This document shows, piece after piece, positions 48,213 through 62,180 of a stretch of 64,000 bases of DNA; within the stretch, counting starts at the first letter, position 1; the number at the start of each line of letters is the position of its first letter. The notes under the pieces are model-generated. The model was not told the origin of the DNA and did not search any database. It was given only the letters and a program-made list of their open reading frames with translations. The position numbers and the translations under genes were made by a program. Source of the stretch: Podospora anserina (Eukaryota); assembly GCA_017654855.1 (NCBI GenBank), contig CM030332.1, forward strand, positions 2,790,001 to 2,854,000. Direction: 5' to 3'.

Positions 48213-51200
48213 TCATCGCTGCGGCAAATTATTCCTCCCATATAAGGCTCCTCCAAACGCTGGCCCATTATTCCACCCCTGGTGCACGCTCTGCCGCACA
48301 ATATTCGCCGCCTGCTGCCTCGCCGCCATCCGCTCCTTTTGCCTCTGGCGCTCCTTGAGGTAGTTGACCGCCTCGGGCCTCATCCTCAGGATCCTTATGA
48401 TCATATCATCGCTCGGATCCGCCTGCATCTCCTTCCGCTTCTCCTCTTTGGCTTTGCGCATCGTCCCCAGGTTGCGGCTCATCATGATACTCTTGCCGCG
48501 CCTGATCGTGCCCAAACTGCCAAAGCCTGCATTGGCCACACTGAGATGGTTTCCTCCCAGAGACGCCGGGGCCGAAAGACGATTCGGCAGGGCGGGGTGA
48601 GCTTGCTGCGTTTGGAGCTTAGCCCGCTCCATATTAGCCGCCACCATCCGCTCCGAAGTCCTGATCAGATTCTCCGTCGAGTCAAAGTAAAAGAAGTTGA
48701 GCGATGCCAGTTCGTGCCACTTAGGCGACTTGAGGACATCGGCCGGTACTCCCAATACTTCGCCCGTTTCGGGATCCCTGGCGTTGAAGAAGTTGAACAG
48801 GAGTTCGAGCCATCTGTAGACGACGTCCATCTCGGTCTGAGTGAGGGGCTTTTGGTTCGAGGGCTTGTCCGACAGTGGAGGCACCAGCAGGTTCTCAATG
48901 GCAAGCAACACTTCCTTCCACAGTCGTGTCATGACCGCCATCATGGTGGCATCCGTCAGTGTTTGCTTCATGATGGCAAAGTTCTCGTCAAAGTAGGTGA
49001 AGAGCGGCTGGAGAGCATTTTCGATCTCAGCTGCCGTTACTGGTGGCGCGCTAGCCTGCTTCTTCTTCCAAAGACTGGCCATGGAAGCGGCAATTCCCTT
49101 GCTCAAGAGGTTCCGTAACGCTTCATGAGACAGCGAAGCGTTAATATGCATGGTAAGCTAGAGATTGTCAGCATCCTCTTTGATCTTAACCTGCTTCTCT
49201 AGGCTCATCTTACCTTGCTCGTGACCTTCCGCACCATATCTCTCTCCGTCCTCTTCAGATGCCTAAACGCCTTCCCAAAGTGAAACTGGATATCATCACG
49301 CTCACCTTCCATCGTCACCCTAAACAAGATCCTCCCCTGGGTATCAAGATCCAGCCAGAACTCCCTCGGCAAGTAATCACCAAAGTGTACCGGGTCCAGC
49401 TTAAGCGACGTCCGGCCCACAAAGTCGTGCTCGCCAAACATGTCATGGTCCCAAATAGTGGCAATGACGTTCAGCGCCCCTGACACAGTGATGTCAACCG
49501 ACTCGTCCCACCGCGGGTTCAGCGTCCGGGGAATCACCCTCGTCTTCGCCAGACGCTTCTGATACTCATCACAAAGCACCACATACGGATCACTAGTCCC
49601 GTTCGGGTCGCACGCCTTCAGGTCCTCACCCTCGACGATCTTAATCGTAAACACGTAGTGAGCCGGCCGCTTGACCATCTGCTTAGGACCGTCAACCTCA
49701 TCCAGCACCTCCGCGCAGCGATCAACATTCATCAACTTCTCCAGCTTATCGAGCGCCTGCATGGCATACTCGATATTGTTGAACTTGACAAAAGACTGCA
49801 AACCAAAAACATCATTAGCAAACTCCCCCCATCAACAACCTTGATCGCAAAAGAGATAAAAACTGACCTCGGGATAAAACTGAAAAGGCTCAACCCTTTC
49901 CTTCGTATTCCACGCCTCCTTCGCATACTGAAAAAACTTCTCCTGCGCCGTCCTCTCCCTGGCCGCCTCCTGCGCGCTCTGCCTATCCATCTCCCTCGCA
50001 AACTGCAGCTCAACAATCTCACAATACCTCCCAATCCCCGCCGCAAACGCCTTGGCCAAACTCGTCATAAACCTCGCCAAATGCACCTCATCGTTCCACC
50101 CCAGTTGATAAACCTGATCGACCGTCTGGTTAAACAGCGTAAAAGTGTCAATAATCGAATGACTGTGCCTCTCCTCATCAGTCGGGATATCCCCCTCATG
50201 TCTCACCCTAACCTTGAACTGATCTTGCTTGATAGCCGACTCGACAAACTGCGTCATCTTTTCCTCCGCATTCTGAATCCACCTCCACACAAACCCTTCC
50301 AGCAAGCTCTCAATGTGAAACGCAAAAGGCTTGTCAGGCAGCGACTCGAGATGAATCTTTCGGATCTCGACCAGCTCCTTGTACAAGTCAAACCCGTCCT
50401 GCAGGTCAATCTCGACGTTCTGCTGCTTCGCCATGTCCAGCACCCGCTTGATGATCTCGTGCGTGTCCTCCTCGAAGCTGGGGAACGTGGTCTCGACGAG
50501 GACCTTGAACGGGCTGACGCCCATCACTTCCGGGTTCTTGCGGTACCGCTTCTTGATCTTCTCTGCCAGCCCAACCACGGCCTTTCCGAGGTTGACCACG
50601 TTGGCAAAGTCCCACTCTTGCTGATTCCGAGGGATGTGCACATCCAAGAACCCCCTGTACGCATCACCCGCCGCTTCGCGCAGGCCGTTTTCGAGCTGTT
50701 GAGAAAACTCTGCCTCGTCCTCCGGCCGTTGGGAGAAGGCAGGATCGTTGTAGATGTGGTTCATGAGCAAGGCCATTACGACACCGACAGAGGGAGGTTT
50801 GGGGGCGTAGCACTGGCACAAGAGAGTGTAAAGCTCCCGCAGGAGGGCCTCGTGTAGATCTCGCAGTGCCTGTTGGTAGCCCGCAAAATCGACCATCGTC
50901 CACTTGCTGGACTCAATCTCACTGAGGCCCGAGGTAAACAGATAGATAGGAGGCACCTTCTTCGGCTCCGGTTGGGGTTCCTTGACAAAGTCCAGATAAG
51001 TGTACAGCTGCTCCGCAGTGATCTCCGTATCGAGAAACTTGCGAGTCGCAACCTCAATGAGAACAACATGGCGGGTGAATTGTGGAATCCGCCATCGAAC
51101 CGCCAGTTCCACGAGAAGATCGTTGGATTCCTCGTTCAGCGGTGAGGAAGAATCCGCGGCGTGCATCTCATCGTAGGATAAAACATACTGAGTGATGATC

Positions 51201-52435
51201 TTGTAGACAGCACGGGGATCCTGCGGGATGAAAGTATAACTTGGCTCATCCACGCTCCGTATGCTGCTCGTATCCTCAAGCGAGAGCGACCCAAAGCTAA
51301 ATGACGGGTCGAAGCCAGTAACAGGAGATCCAGGATCATTGTTGGACAGCATCCTCCCCAGGTCCGCATAGGCCTGATCTTCATACATGGACGTTGGACG
51401 CGCCGAGAGCACCTTGTCGTTCCCAGCACCAGACCCTCCTTTCAAATCCGGTCGAACGCTCAAGAGCTCGGAAAAAATCTTTGCCAAATGGGGGCCTTCC
51501 TGCCGCCTCCATTCTTCAAAGGCCTCGTTCACATCGAAATCCGACTTCCGCAGCGTCCCCGCCATTCCTGCCGAGAGCCTGAATTGGTACCCCTTGAAAT
51601 CCTTCAAAGCATTGTCCTCGGTCCAGCTCGACATATTCCTGTCAATGTCACTCTGTACCTGGGAATTGGTCACCCCGAATATCTTGGCAACCGTCTGGAC
51701 CATCAACATGTCCTTGACCTCGTAGGTCAGCGGTATATCCTTTTCCACATACTTGTGCTCCTCCTGCCCAGTATCCAAATACAAGTTTTGGTCATTCGTC
51801 ATCAGCTTCTTCTCCAGCGTATTCAGGCGTGCAATAAGGTCCGACTTCTCACTCCCCAGGTCCTTGAGGATACTGCTCAGCAGCCTGATAAACATGGCCA
51901 GATGCCTGTCCACCATGTATTTCCAAGAATGATCATCCGGGGCCTTTCCACGCCCCTGGGCCTTGGTCGCGGCCGAGTAAAAGATCAGCACCAGAGGCTC
52001 AACTTTCCGATCCTTGTCAATCGACTTCTGAAAGTCCTTGGCGGTGAAGGCAGTGTACGCCTCCGCAAAGGTTCTCTTGACAGCAGCATCGCTGAAGCCG
52101 GGCAGCCTCTCGATCCCCTGCAGCACACCGGACATCCGTCTCTCCAGAAACTGGCGGAACGCGTGGGGGAGCTTGATAGAGGCCGACCCGGTCAAGTCCT
52201 TCATCAGCTCCGACATGCTCGAGGTATGCGCCCTCGGGGGCGGCTTTGGCGTGTTGACATATTCCTTTCTCTTCTTGCGCGGCTGGAGGAGGTAGTTCAA
52301 AAAGGCGATGCGCAGGGCGAAGGAGTACGCATCGTCGTAGCTGATTGTCGGCGCGCGGGCTCTCGACGGTGCTCGACCGAGGCTGCCAACCCGGCGGTTG
52401 GTTTGGGAGTACGAGGCTCGCGAGGCGTGCGACAT
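48213..52435 (-). CDS. Munc13-homology (MHD1/MHD2) and C2 domain protein, similar in architecture to S. pombe Ync13/Git1 and yeast YOR296W; introns 49796-49867 and 49158-49213
   Basis: C2 domain (FTIKIVEGEDLKACDPNGTSDPYV...TLNPRWDE...IWDHD...DFVG) flanked by long helical domains (RHSHSIIDTF; LQPLFTYFDENF, WKEVL). Canonical phase-0 introns. Confidence 0.85.
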
Positions 52436-54606
52436 GATGATGGGAACTCGTGGTAGCGAACGGGTTCACGTATATTCGGGGGGGGAGTGAACGGCGGTGG
52501 CAGTCGGCTGATAAGTCAAGCCCGCCCCGGCATGGCGGTTTCGAAGCCCGACCAAAATGATAACCAAGTCTCGCCGCGGTGAGTTTGCGGTACTGCAGAG
52601 AGTAGTCTGGCAATGTCCGGGGGCCCAAAAGTCAATCGCACGAGGGTTCGGTCCAGTATAGAAACGAGTATCGGCGCGTGCGGCAGACGGCGAGAACAAG
52701 TCGGGGTTTTTGTTGTTGCTCGTGTGGCCTGGCGTGTTGAAGTGAAGAGAGGTTGCTGTGTGGTTGGATTTAGAAACGTCATAGCCGCCCGCCCAAGCAT
52801 GAGACGCCCCCTATAATAAAGAGAACCGCAGCAGAACTGGGGGTTGTTAGGTAGCTGGATTTGGGCCGTAGCTCCCACTAGCTGACCAGCATGTTGGGTG
52901 TTACCTAGGACCTAACACCCTGTCCTTGCTGGCATTAAATTCCCGTAATGGTGAGATATCCAATCCTACATGAATCACACTGAGTAGGTAGCCTGGAGCA
53001 TACACAGCTTCTGCCAGCGGCAACTATTTGCTTTGCTGCCAGCGCTACTGGGTTTTAACAAAGCTGTTCATCAGTCCTGCCAGCTGAAGCTTTAGTGTCA
53101 AAGTCAAACAGTTGTACCCCTCTTTTTTGCCTTCTTGGGGTTCGCTGCTAGCTTCCTCGCTGATCACTTGATACGTCAAGCAACTCTCCCTTGCAGACAA
53201 AGAGTTACAGATAGTCCCCGGACCTACGACATATGGAGGACCTGTATCTGGCTCGGAGTCTCTCCCAGCTCTTTGGCAATTGTTCTAGACCAGGCCAGCT
53301 CGCGAGGCTGGAACCTCGTCTCTCTTTCATTAGCTCAAAATAGAGACCACCATCGGAAGAGGGCTGTGTGGCTCTCACGTGGCTGGCTTTGTCTGTCAAG
53401 CTCGTTGCCCCGCTTTTTAGCCTCTGTTCTCCAAGCCCGTCCCCTGGCTGTCAACCTGCAACTGCATCTTGGATGGATCAGATGCCAGTCAAAGGAGAAC
53501 CCACTCTTTACGAAGTACCTCGAGGTGTGTTCTTTTCGTGAATTTCGAAGTGTCTCGCAGTTTTCATGGCTGGGAGATGGAAAACCGCCTGTTCTCATCA
53601 ACGCATATATACGGCAGCTGATCACTACGACCTCACGAGCACTTCGTATTAAGTGCTATTATTATTATAATGCGGGAGGGGCCTCTGGACCTCTGACATC
53701 ATATGCAACTGTTCATCGGTGGTCAACGATCGGGGCCCGGTGGCCAAGGGCGCGGGTCAACCCAACGGCAACGCTGAAAATAATATGCCCCGTCTCGTGG
53801 TCCCGAAGAGGCACAGAGGTCTCACGTCTCAGCTTCCAGGGGCAACGTGTTCGTGCGACTCTGAACCGAAGCCCCTGCCAGTGAAGACTTGGTGGATGTG
53901 TGAAAGTCGTGACACGGACCATCACATGGCTTGGCGAGCAGATGACGTTCGTGAGGGTGATACACATATCCCGTAAAGGATCACCGAGAGACAGAGCAGG
54001 TGAAGTGGTGCCTGGTGTAGGCAGGCAAAGATACCGAGGCGGTATACCTAACCACTTTGGAGTTGAAATATGTAACGGACCATGTCCCGTGTCTGGGCAA
54101 GTACCTGCAGCAACAACGACCCGGACAACCTTCTCCGTGTAAAAACCGCCTTTGTTTCCGATGGAAGAAATTGTCGAATCTCGAGGGGTAGCAAATCATA
54201 TCTTTGTTTCTCTCTAAATGGTACCTGGGGGGGCACCAACCTAGTCCCGTGTGCCGTGGACTGAAAGTGGCCGTTGAGCTGGTAGGAAGTAGTTGGTCAT
54301 ACAGAGAGGCCGATCCGTACCTCCGGGGGTGTGCGGTTCCAGGTTGCAGGGTTTCAGAGACCTCTCATGCTGCGTGCGCGGCGCCCCTTCCGACCCAGAC
54401 CCCCAGACCCCAGTGAACTAGTGGAAGGCAACCCCGCCGCGCCGCTGAGAGCCGCTGCCGCCAAACTTCGTTTGGATTTCCATCCACCATTCCTGTCCTC
54501 GCAATACCTACCGGCCGACTGTTTCCCAGCTTCCTGTCGACACCGCAGCCCCTTTACACATTTCGCATGATTAGCGGCGCCCGCTCCCAGCACTCCCACC
54601 GTCACG

Positions 54607-57600
54607 ATGGGCAACGTCAGCAGCTCTCCCGAAGAGGGCGCATCGCTCTATCTTAGAGACCAGAACAGATGTAGGTTCCTCTTGTCTTGCTTGACCAACA
54701 GCAGCCACGTTCGCCCCTGTCTTGCGCCAAACACCTGTGTAAACACTTCTTGCTAACTGCTTTCTCTTCTCAGTATCTATTTCTTCAGTCGTAATAACTA
54801 GCCCCAGGAAACGCACTTCAATAAACATAGTCCCGAATGCATATCCTGCGACCAGAATATCCGCAATGCGGCCGTCTGGCGACAATGGTCCTGTCGATTT
54901 TGTCCTGGTTCGCGCCCCTTTTCCATGATATAAGCTTGCCATGATGGACATGGCTGACTTGGGTTTGCCTATAGGACCCAGAATCGATCAGCTCTGCAGC
55001 CGGTCCGGCCTTCTTGTTGAAGCTCAACAACGAAGACGACCTCGTCTTCACCTTCACCTTCGTCCTCCGCAGATCGCAGCAGCTCGTTCGAAGTCCCTCA
55101 GGAAGTGCTGATACCGTAGCTCCTGTCGATACAAACATCCAAGGGCTTACCTTTGTGTATGCTCCAACGGCCCGCGAAGTTGAGAACTTGGTTACTCGAG
55201 AATTCCACGCCGATCCAAACCTGCACAAGAACCCCAATGTCGAGCTTGTTGGAACATATTCAACAGAGGGAAGTCCCTCGGTAACATTTGACTGGACTTG
55301 GAAATGGAAACCACCAAAGCACAACGAGGATAAAGGAGGCGGTTGGCGAAACTCATGCACTGTTCGTGCTCTCACAACGCTTTGCCATATTGGAGGGTGC
55401 TAACGAGGCTCCCCTAGTTTGTCGAGTACGACCAGCGCGCACACCGACTGGAACCCCTGGCTATATTTTCTTTCTATGTGGCCAGTAAGTCTTATGTTTT
55501 CGCGGTATCATTTCTATCACGGGGCCGCGGCTTACATCTCCAGACACATCGCCTTACCTGAGCCAACCAAGCTCCCCAATACCACCCATTCTGCTGAGCG
55601 CTCCACCAAAGGTCCGCGTAGTGTCTTCACAATCGGTCGAAGCTCGAATCAGTCCAGTGCCGGAGCTCGAAGAGCTAGTCTCTCCACTCACCATATCTCA
55701 TGAACCGTTGCCTGCGCCTTCTCCGGCACCAACCCAACAAAAGGAGCAAATCAAGGTCGACTGCCCACGCCCCGGTGAGGATATGTCAGTTTCCGATGAT
55801 GGTCCCGTTTTCCGAGCAACCATGAAGGCTCTCGAGCAAAAGACAGGCAATATGCGATCACAGATGAAGCGTTTGATCAAGAAGGCCGAAAATGTCCATG
55901 CTGCGCAACTGGAGGCCAACGATGCATTTGCGGCTTTCATGGAAGCCTTGAAAGACGTGTCCTCAACCAACGCAAACGCCGTCAAGCCAGCCATTGAGCA
56001 CTACTTTGACAAGATCGCCCGCGAGATTCTATCATATGAGCGGCAGAACACGGCGAATATACAAAGGATTGTGATTGAACCGATGAGCAAGTTATACCAG
56101 ATCGACATCAAACAGGCCGAATCCAAGAAGCGGGATTTCGAAGAGGAAAGTAAAGACTTTTACGCCTATGTTAGCCGCTACCTCGGCCAGAGACACGATT
56201 CCGTCAAGGCGAAACAGAGCGACACCAAGTACCAGACCAAACGGAAGAATTTCGAACTAAAACGTTTTGATTATTCCTCGTTTATGCAGGATCTATCTGG
56301 CGGGCGCAAGGAACAGGAAATTCTTTCGCATCTTACCAAATATGCCGATGCCCAGGCCAGGTGCTTTCTCAACACTTCAAAGAAGATTGAAGACTTACTG
56401 CCACAGCTCGAAGCACTATCCACCGAAGTTTTGGAGGCGGATAAGGAGTATCAGTATCAGCGCCGGGAACGCGAGGAGAAGAGAAGACTGCTCGAGAAGA
56501 GCAATCTCAACTACAATGAACCAGACATTCAACCTCCGCTCACCTCGGCCGGACCGCGAGAGGGGGGTGCTCCCAATGGAAACCCAGCCAATTCTGACTC
56601 TGAGCTCGGTCGTGCGAATAGTACCGGCTCCCAGCTCAAACCAACCCCGTCAGGAAACATGGGTGCCTCTCCTGCGGACCTGACGAGGTCTCCTGGGAGC
56701 CTGACGCAACATGTCGTGGGTAGCCCCCAACAAAATGCTAAATTCAAGGGAATCCGCGACCTTGAGGAACGCGACCCTGGGCACATAGCGCAGCTTGAAA
56801 AGGAGACCTCCAACCGCAAGGAAGGCCTCCTGTGGGCCTTGAACAGGCCAGGTGGACATGTAGATCCACGAAATCTCAACAAGCAGGGCTGGCACAAGTA
56901 CGTTGACCCACACTATCCCATCAATATTACAATACACTGACACTCTCCGAGATTCTGGATTGTCCTGGACCAAGGCAAGTTGTCCGAGTATAGCAACTGG
57001 AAACAGAGGCTTGACCTCCACATGGATCCGATCGATTTGCGTCTGGCATCAGTACGAGAGGCAAGGAATGCGGAACGCCGGTTCTGCTTCGAAGTCATCA
57101 CGCCACATTTCAAGCGCGTTTATCAAGCAACATCTGAAGAAGATATGAATAGTTGGATCATGGCTATCAATAATGCATTACAGAGCGCTGTTGAAGGTCG
57201 CTCTTTTAAGGACAGACCGCCATCAACAGCCCCCGGCGACTCGAGCTTCAGCGGTATGGACTTTGGCTCGATGTTTGTTGGCAAAAGTCCGTCCCTCTCA
57301 CACGGCAACCATCACAACTCTGGGGGGATCCCAACCCGGCGCACGACTGTCGGCGCCCGCCCAGCGACGGCGCGCAGCAGCAGCTTTGAGGAACGGCCAG
57401 ACAGGCTCCTCCAGCTACTCCGGGACAACGATCAGGGCAACTCGTGGTGTGCCGACTGCGGTTCGAGCAACAAGGTCGAATGGGTCTCGCTCAACCTGGC
57501 AATCATTGTTTGCATCGAGTGCAGCGGCATCCACCGGTCCCTCGGGACGCACATCAGCAAGATTCGATCCCTCACCCTCGACACCACCTCGTTCACGCCC

Positions 57601-58290
57601 GACATTATCGAGCTGCTGTTTCTTGTAGGCAACAGGGTGTCCAACATGGTGTTTGAAGCCAAGCTGGACCCTGCCATGAAACTCACCGCCCAGGCGACCC
57701 GTGAGCAGAGACTCAAGTTCATCACGTCAAAATACGTCGACAGGGCGTTTGTCGAGCCCATTTCCACCACGCTGTCACGCTTCGCCACGGCAGACGAGAC
57801 GCTCTTGGCTGCGATCAAGAGGAACGACATCCAGCAGGTCATCTACGCCCTTGCCCTCAAGGCTAACCCGAACGTCACGGACAAGTCCCGCGGCACGCAC
57901 GCGGTGTATCTGGCGTTGGCGGCGGCTGACCCAGCGCCAATGTCGCCGCCTGTCACGCCTGGTCCGTCACCGACGGTGGACAAGCTTATCCCGTTCCCCA
58001 TCGCGGAGCTGCTTGTGCAGAACGGGGCCGAAATTCCGGCGGAGATGCCCCAGATTCCGCTGAGCCATGCTGCGCAGGGGTATATTGAGCTGAAGAGGGG
58101 GAGGAAGGCGGCGATTGAGGCTTCCGGGGCAGGAGGGGCAGGAGGGGGGTCGTATGATGGGGTTGGTTCCTTGCCGGCGGGGTCGACGTTGAGCCCGGGG
58201 GATAAGCTGCAAAGGGAGAGGGAGGCGAGGCTGCAGAAGAGGGTAAGCGCGGGGGGGAGGTTGGCGAAGAGCCCGATCCCGGAACGATAG
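54607..58290 (+). CDS. csx2: BAR-PH-ArfGAP protein (Csx2/ACAP-like); introns 54671-54773, 54908-54974, 55362-55417, 55485-55543, 56898-56951
   Basis: MGNVSS myristoylation-like start, BAR domain (DDGPVFRATM...FELKRFDY), PH domain (KEGLLW, GWHK-FWIVL, RRFCFEVITP, YQA.S..DM.SWI) and ArfGAP zinc finger CADC-x16-CIECSGIHRSLG. Confidence 0.88.
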
Positions 58291-59953
58291 GGTGCCTGTG
58301 GGGTTGTGGTGATGCCTTTTTGGGGGATGGTGGGGAGGGAGAGGGAGAGGGAGAAGAAGGGGGTGAGTGAGTAGGGCAGGGGGGGATATTGATTATTTTT
58401 TTAATGGGTTTATGATGTGATTGATTGGGACACATAGGGGCTGGGGTAGTTTGGAAAGTAGGGCGTTGAGAGGTAGTTTTTTTCTTTTTTACTTCTTGTG
58501 TTGTAATGGTCTTTTGAGTTGTTTTTTTTCTTCTTACAAAGCATCAAGTTTTTTTGTTGTTGTTAATGACTGGTATAGTATTGGGTGCTCTGGGTGGATG
58601 TTTGATACTGGGAGTAGGAGTGGGTTGGTGGGATGTGGTTGTAGGTAGTTTGAAAAGAGAGATAATGTTTTGTTATGAGTTTTTGGTATTTGCTTTTATT
58701 TTCTTGCATTTATCATGGGTACCTACTATGAGTTATTTTGGGTTGATTACGGATGGAAGTGAAGATTGGGATATCTGGGTGGGGGGCTTGTTTACTGTTA
58801 TGATTTTTGTAGTGATGAGCGGGGCGGTGTTTTGGCCTTTTTGTTTGTTGGAGGCATGCGCGTGTATCTATATATCCATTTAGCTGGCGAGCATAAGGAG
58901 GACTGAGGTTCTTGTTTTTTGGGTAAGGTAGTTGGTTGGGTTTGAAGAGGTTGAAGAGCAAAGCACAGGAATCTGACATTCAACAACTTCGTTTGAACTA
59001 CTCATATTTTCATTATATGCGTGTCCGTCATTGAAAACACCTCAAAGAAGAGAGACTATCGGGGGCGAGCTTACTAACTGAATATCTCGAGTATGGAACA
59101 CGGTAATCAAGAGGCAACCCCACCAGGGCCAGTAGTCAGACTGGCTGTATCTCTCTGAACCAGGCGTCAAACTTGTCGGTTTCCATTAGCAAACAACCAA
59201 CCCTCTTCCCCTTCTCCTGACCAAAGCAGCATGACTCACATCCATCTCCAACATTGCCCAGTTTGTGAGGGGAAAAAATCAAAAAAATCAGCAGGAACAC
59301 TCCCAACACGAGAACAGTCAAGTGACACCATCACCACCCTTCCCAACTAAAAAGTTATGAGAAATGATGTTACCCTCCGTAAAGGAGGTCTTGTATAATC
59401 CTACCCTACTTGTACTACCACCCAAATATCACACAAACATCTTGCCACTTCTATGGATAGAAACAGTCAACTGTAGCCGCTATCTAATATAATATTATGA
59501 ATCTCCCTTCTGCCTGTCTGGCTGTCCCATCACTATGCACTCGCACCCATAATGTAAACTTTTTTGTTGATTCACCTGGGTGTCTCGCTGAGAAAAAATG
59601 ACAAACTAATAACTGAACAGCAGTGACTAGAACAAGGGCCTCGGCCACCAGTGATAGGAAATATGAAAACTGATACAAAACTCCAAGAATCAGAAAACCC
59701 ATCTCCTTTCCTCCATCCCATCCCATCATCCCTTGCAGAACAGATATCAAAAGCAGACATTTGTTGGCCGACACGCCAACCATGTAGAGATATAAACCCA
59801 ACCCTGAAAACTCCTTGTAAAAACATATATGAAAACGCGATCAGACATGATCCACACCTGCGCTGTGCTGTTCGTCCGAACCCTCTGTGTAATCCCACAC
59901 CTAAAATATTAAGCATATCCTCATTCCTTCCATCCCATCTCTGGCCTAGTAGC

Positions 59954-62180
59954 TTACTTTGCCCCGTTAGCCTTCCCCTTCGCCTTCGGTTTGTTGGTAA
60001 TATCATTCACGGAATACCGGCTATCACCGTCATCCCCAAAAAGCACTTGGTCGCCCTTTCCTCCTAGTTGGGAAAACTCATCCGGGCCTCTGGCATCGTC
60101 TGGTCTGGGCTCTTTCTTGGGTGTGGTTTCTGGGTTCTTGGTATAGACCTTGACGTCGGGCTTGTCGCCCCCTGGGATCTCGTTGACAACTTGAACAGTG
60201 TTAATCGAGGCTAACAATGTCCGCTCTCTCTGGACACCGCGGCGCGTAACATCCAAGCCCTGGATGCCGCTGACAAGACCATTAGTGCTGTCATTGACAC
60301 CAGGTGTCTTCATTGTCATCCAGGGATGAGCCAGGCACTGATCTACTGTGAAACGCTTCTCTGGGTTGACGACTAGCATGGAGTCGATGAGATCCACTAC
60401 ACAGTTGTTAGTCCATCCTGTCCAACTATTTGTAATACAGGGAAATGGCTACTTACAAGCAGGATCACCAACTGGGTCCCAGTAGGGTGATGGGTAGTCG
60501 AATTTCCCTTTCCTGATCTGCTCAGACAGCGAGTATGGGAATGCAGCACTGGTGAGTTCGTCCGAAAATGGGGGGAAGCCGCACAGGCAGATATAAAGCA
60601 CCACACCTAGTGACCAGATGTCAACAGCCTTGGTGTACTTGCGGTTCCGGGTATCTGCTAGGATCTCTGGTGCCACATAGCTAGGCGTCCCACAGAGTGT
60701 TGTCGTGAAAGATTCCTCTCCGATGATCTTGGCCAACCCAAAATCTGCCAACTTGACGTGCAAGTCACGGTCCACCAAAAGAATGTTCTCTGGCTTGATG
60801 TCTCTGTGCACAATGTTCCGATCGTGCAAATACTTGACACCCTGAAACAATTGGGTGAACAGCTTCCGGCATTCGGACTCGCTCAGTTTCTGCTTCTTCA
60901 CAATGTAGTTGAACAGCTCTCCTTCCGGCGCAAGCTCCAGCACCAGATAGACGGCATTGGGTTCGTTGAAGGTGTCCTTGAGGCATAGAACATTCGGGTG
61001 GCTAACACCCATGAGCATCGCAATTTCTTGCTGGAGGCCTTCGTTTTTCGATCGCTCTTCCACCCCTGGCGTCTTGGTGAAGACTTTGACAGCATAGCGC
61101 TGCCCTGTGGATTTCTCAATGCAGAGATATACTTCGGCAAAATGGCCCTTTCCCAGCTTCTCGATGGGCGTGTATTGCTGTAAGAAGGCATTGGCATGTC
61201 GGTTTTTGGGATACCGGAAAATGAACCTGGCCTTGTCCATGACAGCAATTTCGTCATACTCCTTAAGCTCACGCCGTTGGTTCCGCCCAACGAGCTGATC
61301 ATTGACGTATGTGCCATTGCTGGAAAGATCCTCGATAATCACAACTGTGTCGTTTCCCTTGTGTTCCGTAAACAAAAGACAATGACGGTTCGAAACTATC
61401 GGATCATCAACTTGGATGTCTACTGACTGTCAGTCTTACCGCCTTCCACAGTAGTAACTGTGCGTTGGAAACCTACCGCATTCGGGGTGTCTCCCAATGA
61501 GATAACCGCCAGAGGAGAGCCCTTTCCCTGACTTCTGCTTCTGATCGAAAGCCTCCTGCTCTTTGAGAAGAGCCCCCCTGCCTTTTCTAGCAGGCTGTTT
61601 TGCCCCGGAGACGGCGCCGGCCACGGTTTCTGAAGGAGGGCAAGACCCTCTCTTCCTCATCACCACACAGGTGCCTCCGTAACGGGTGTCCATAGGAAGT
61701 AGGTATCCCCAGACCCCTTCCTTTACCTCATCTTCCACCTCATCGGAGAGCGGTGCGTTGGGGTCTACGTGTGTCTGACTGAACGCTTGCGTGTCCTGGG
61801 GAGGAGAACTGAGGGCCGCCACTTGAGAATGCATGTACTCGTCGCGACGCTGGGAGACGCGGCCCTCTGAAGGTGTCGCCGTGGCTTCCTTGGCAAACTC
61901 ATCGGTTCCTTCGCTCGTCAAATGTGTCACCGGTGATGGAAGATGCTGTTTGTTGATGACTGGTGTCTTGACCAGGTCGTTGTCGGTGCGCTGCGAGAGT
62001 CGCTCGGACCGGCGGGGCTTCTTGAATGATTCAGAGGGGGCATCGTCGCCCGTAGAGCCCTGAAGGAGAAGAGAGATTAATCGGCGGAACATGTCGATGT
62101 ATGACAGTGACGCCATAGAAGAAGAGGGTACATACAGCGCGACCTCGCTTGAGCTGACTGGCCTCAGATCGTGGAGCCAT
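59954..62180 (-). CDS. chk2: Checkpoint kinase Chk2 (FHA plus Ser/Thr kinase; Neurospora prd-4/Dun1/Rad53 family); introns 62060-62135, 61420-61476, 60397-60456
   Basis: SQ/TQ-containing N-terminus, FHA domain (IGRHPEC-D, VSNRHC, DLSSNGTYVN) and kinase domain (LGKGHFA, YAVK, HRDIKPEN, DFG, TTLCGTPSYVAPE, DIWSLG). The first exon MAPRSEASQLKRGRA is reconstructed from splice signals. Confidence 0.92.

Noticed and set aside
53135-53884. 249-aa ORF between the MUN/C2 and ArfGAP genes
   Set aside because: TTG start, no in-frame ATG, atypical composition and no domain. Treated as promoter or intergenic DNA.
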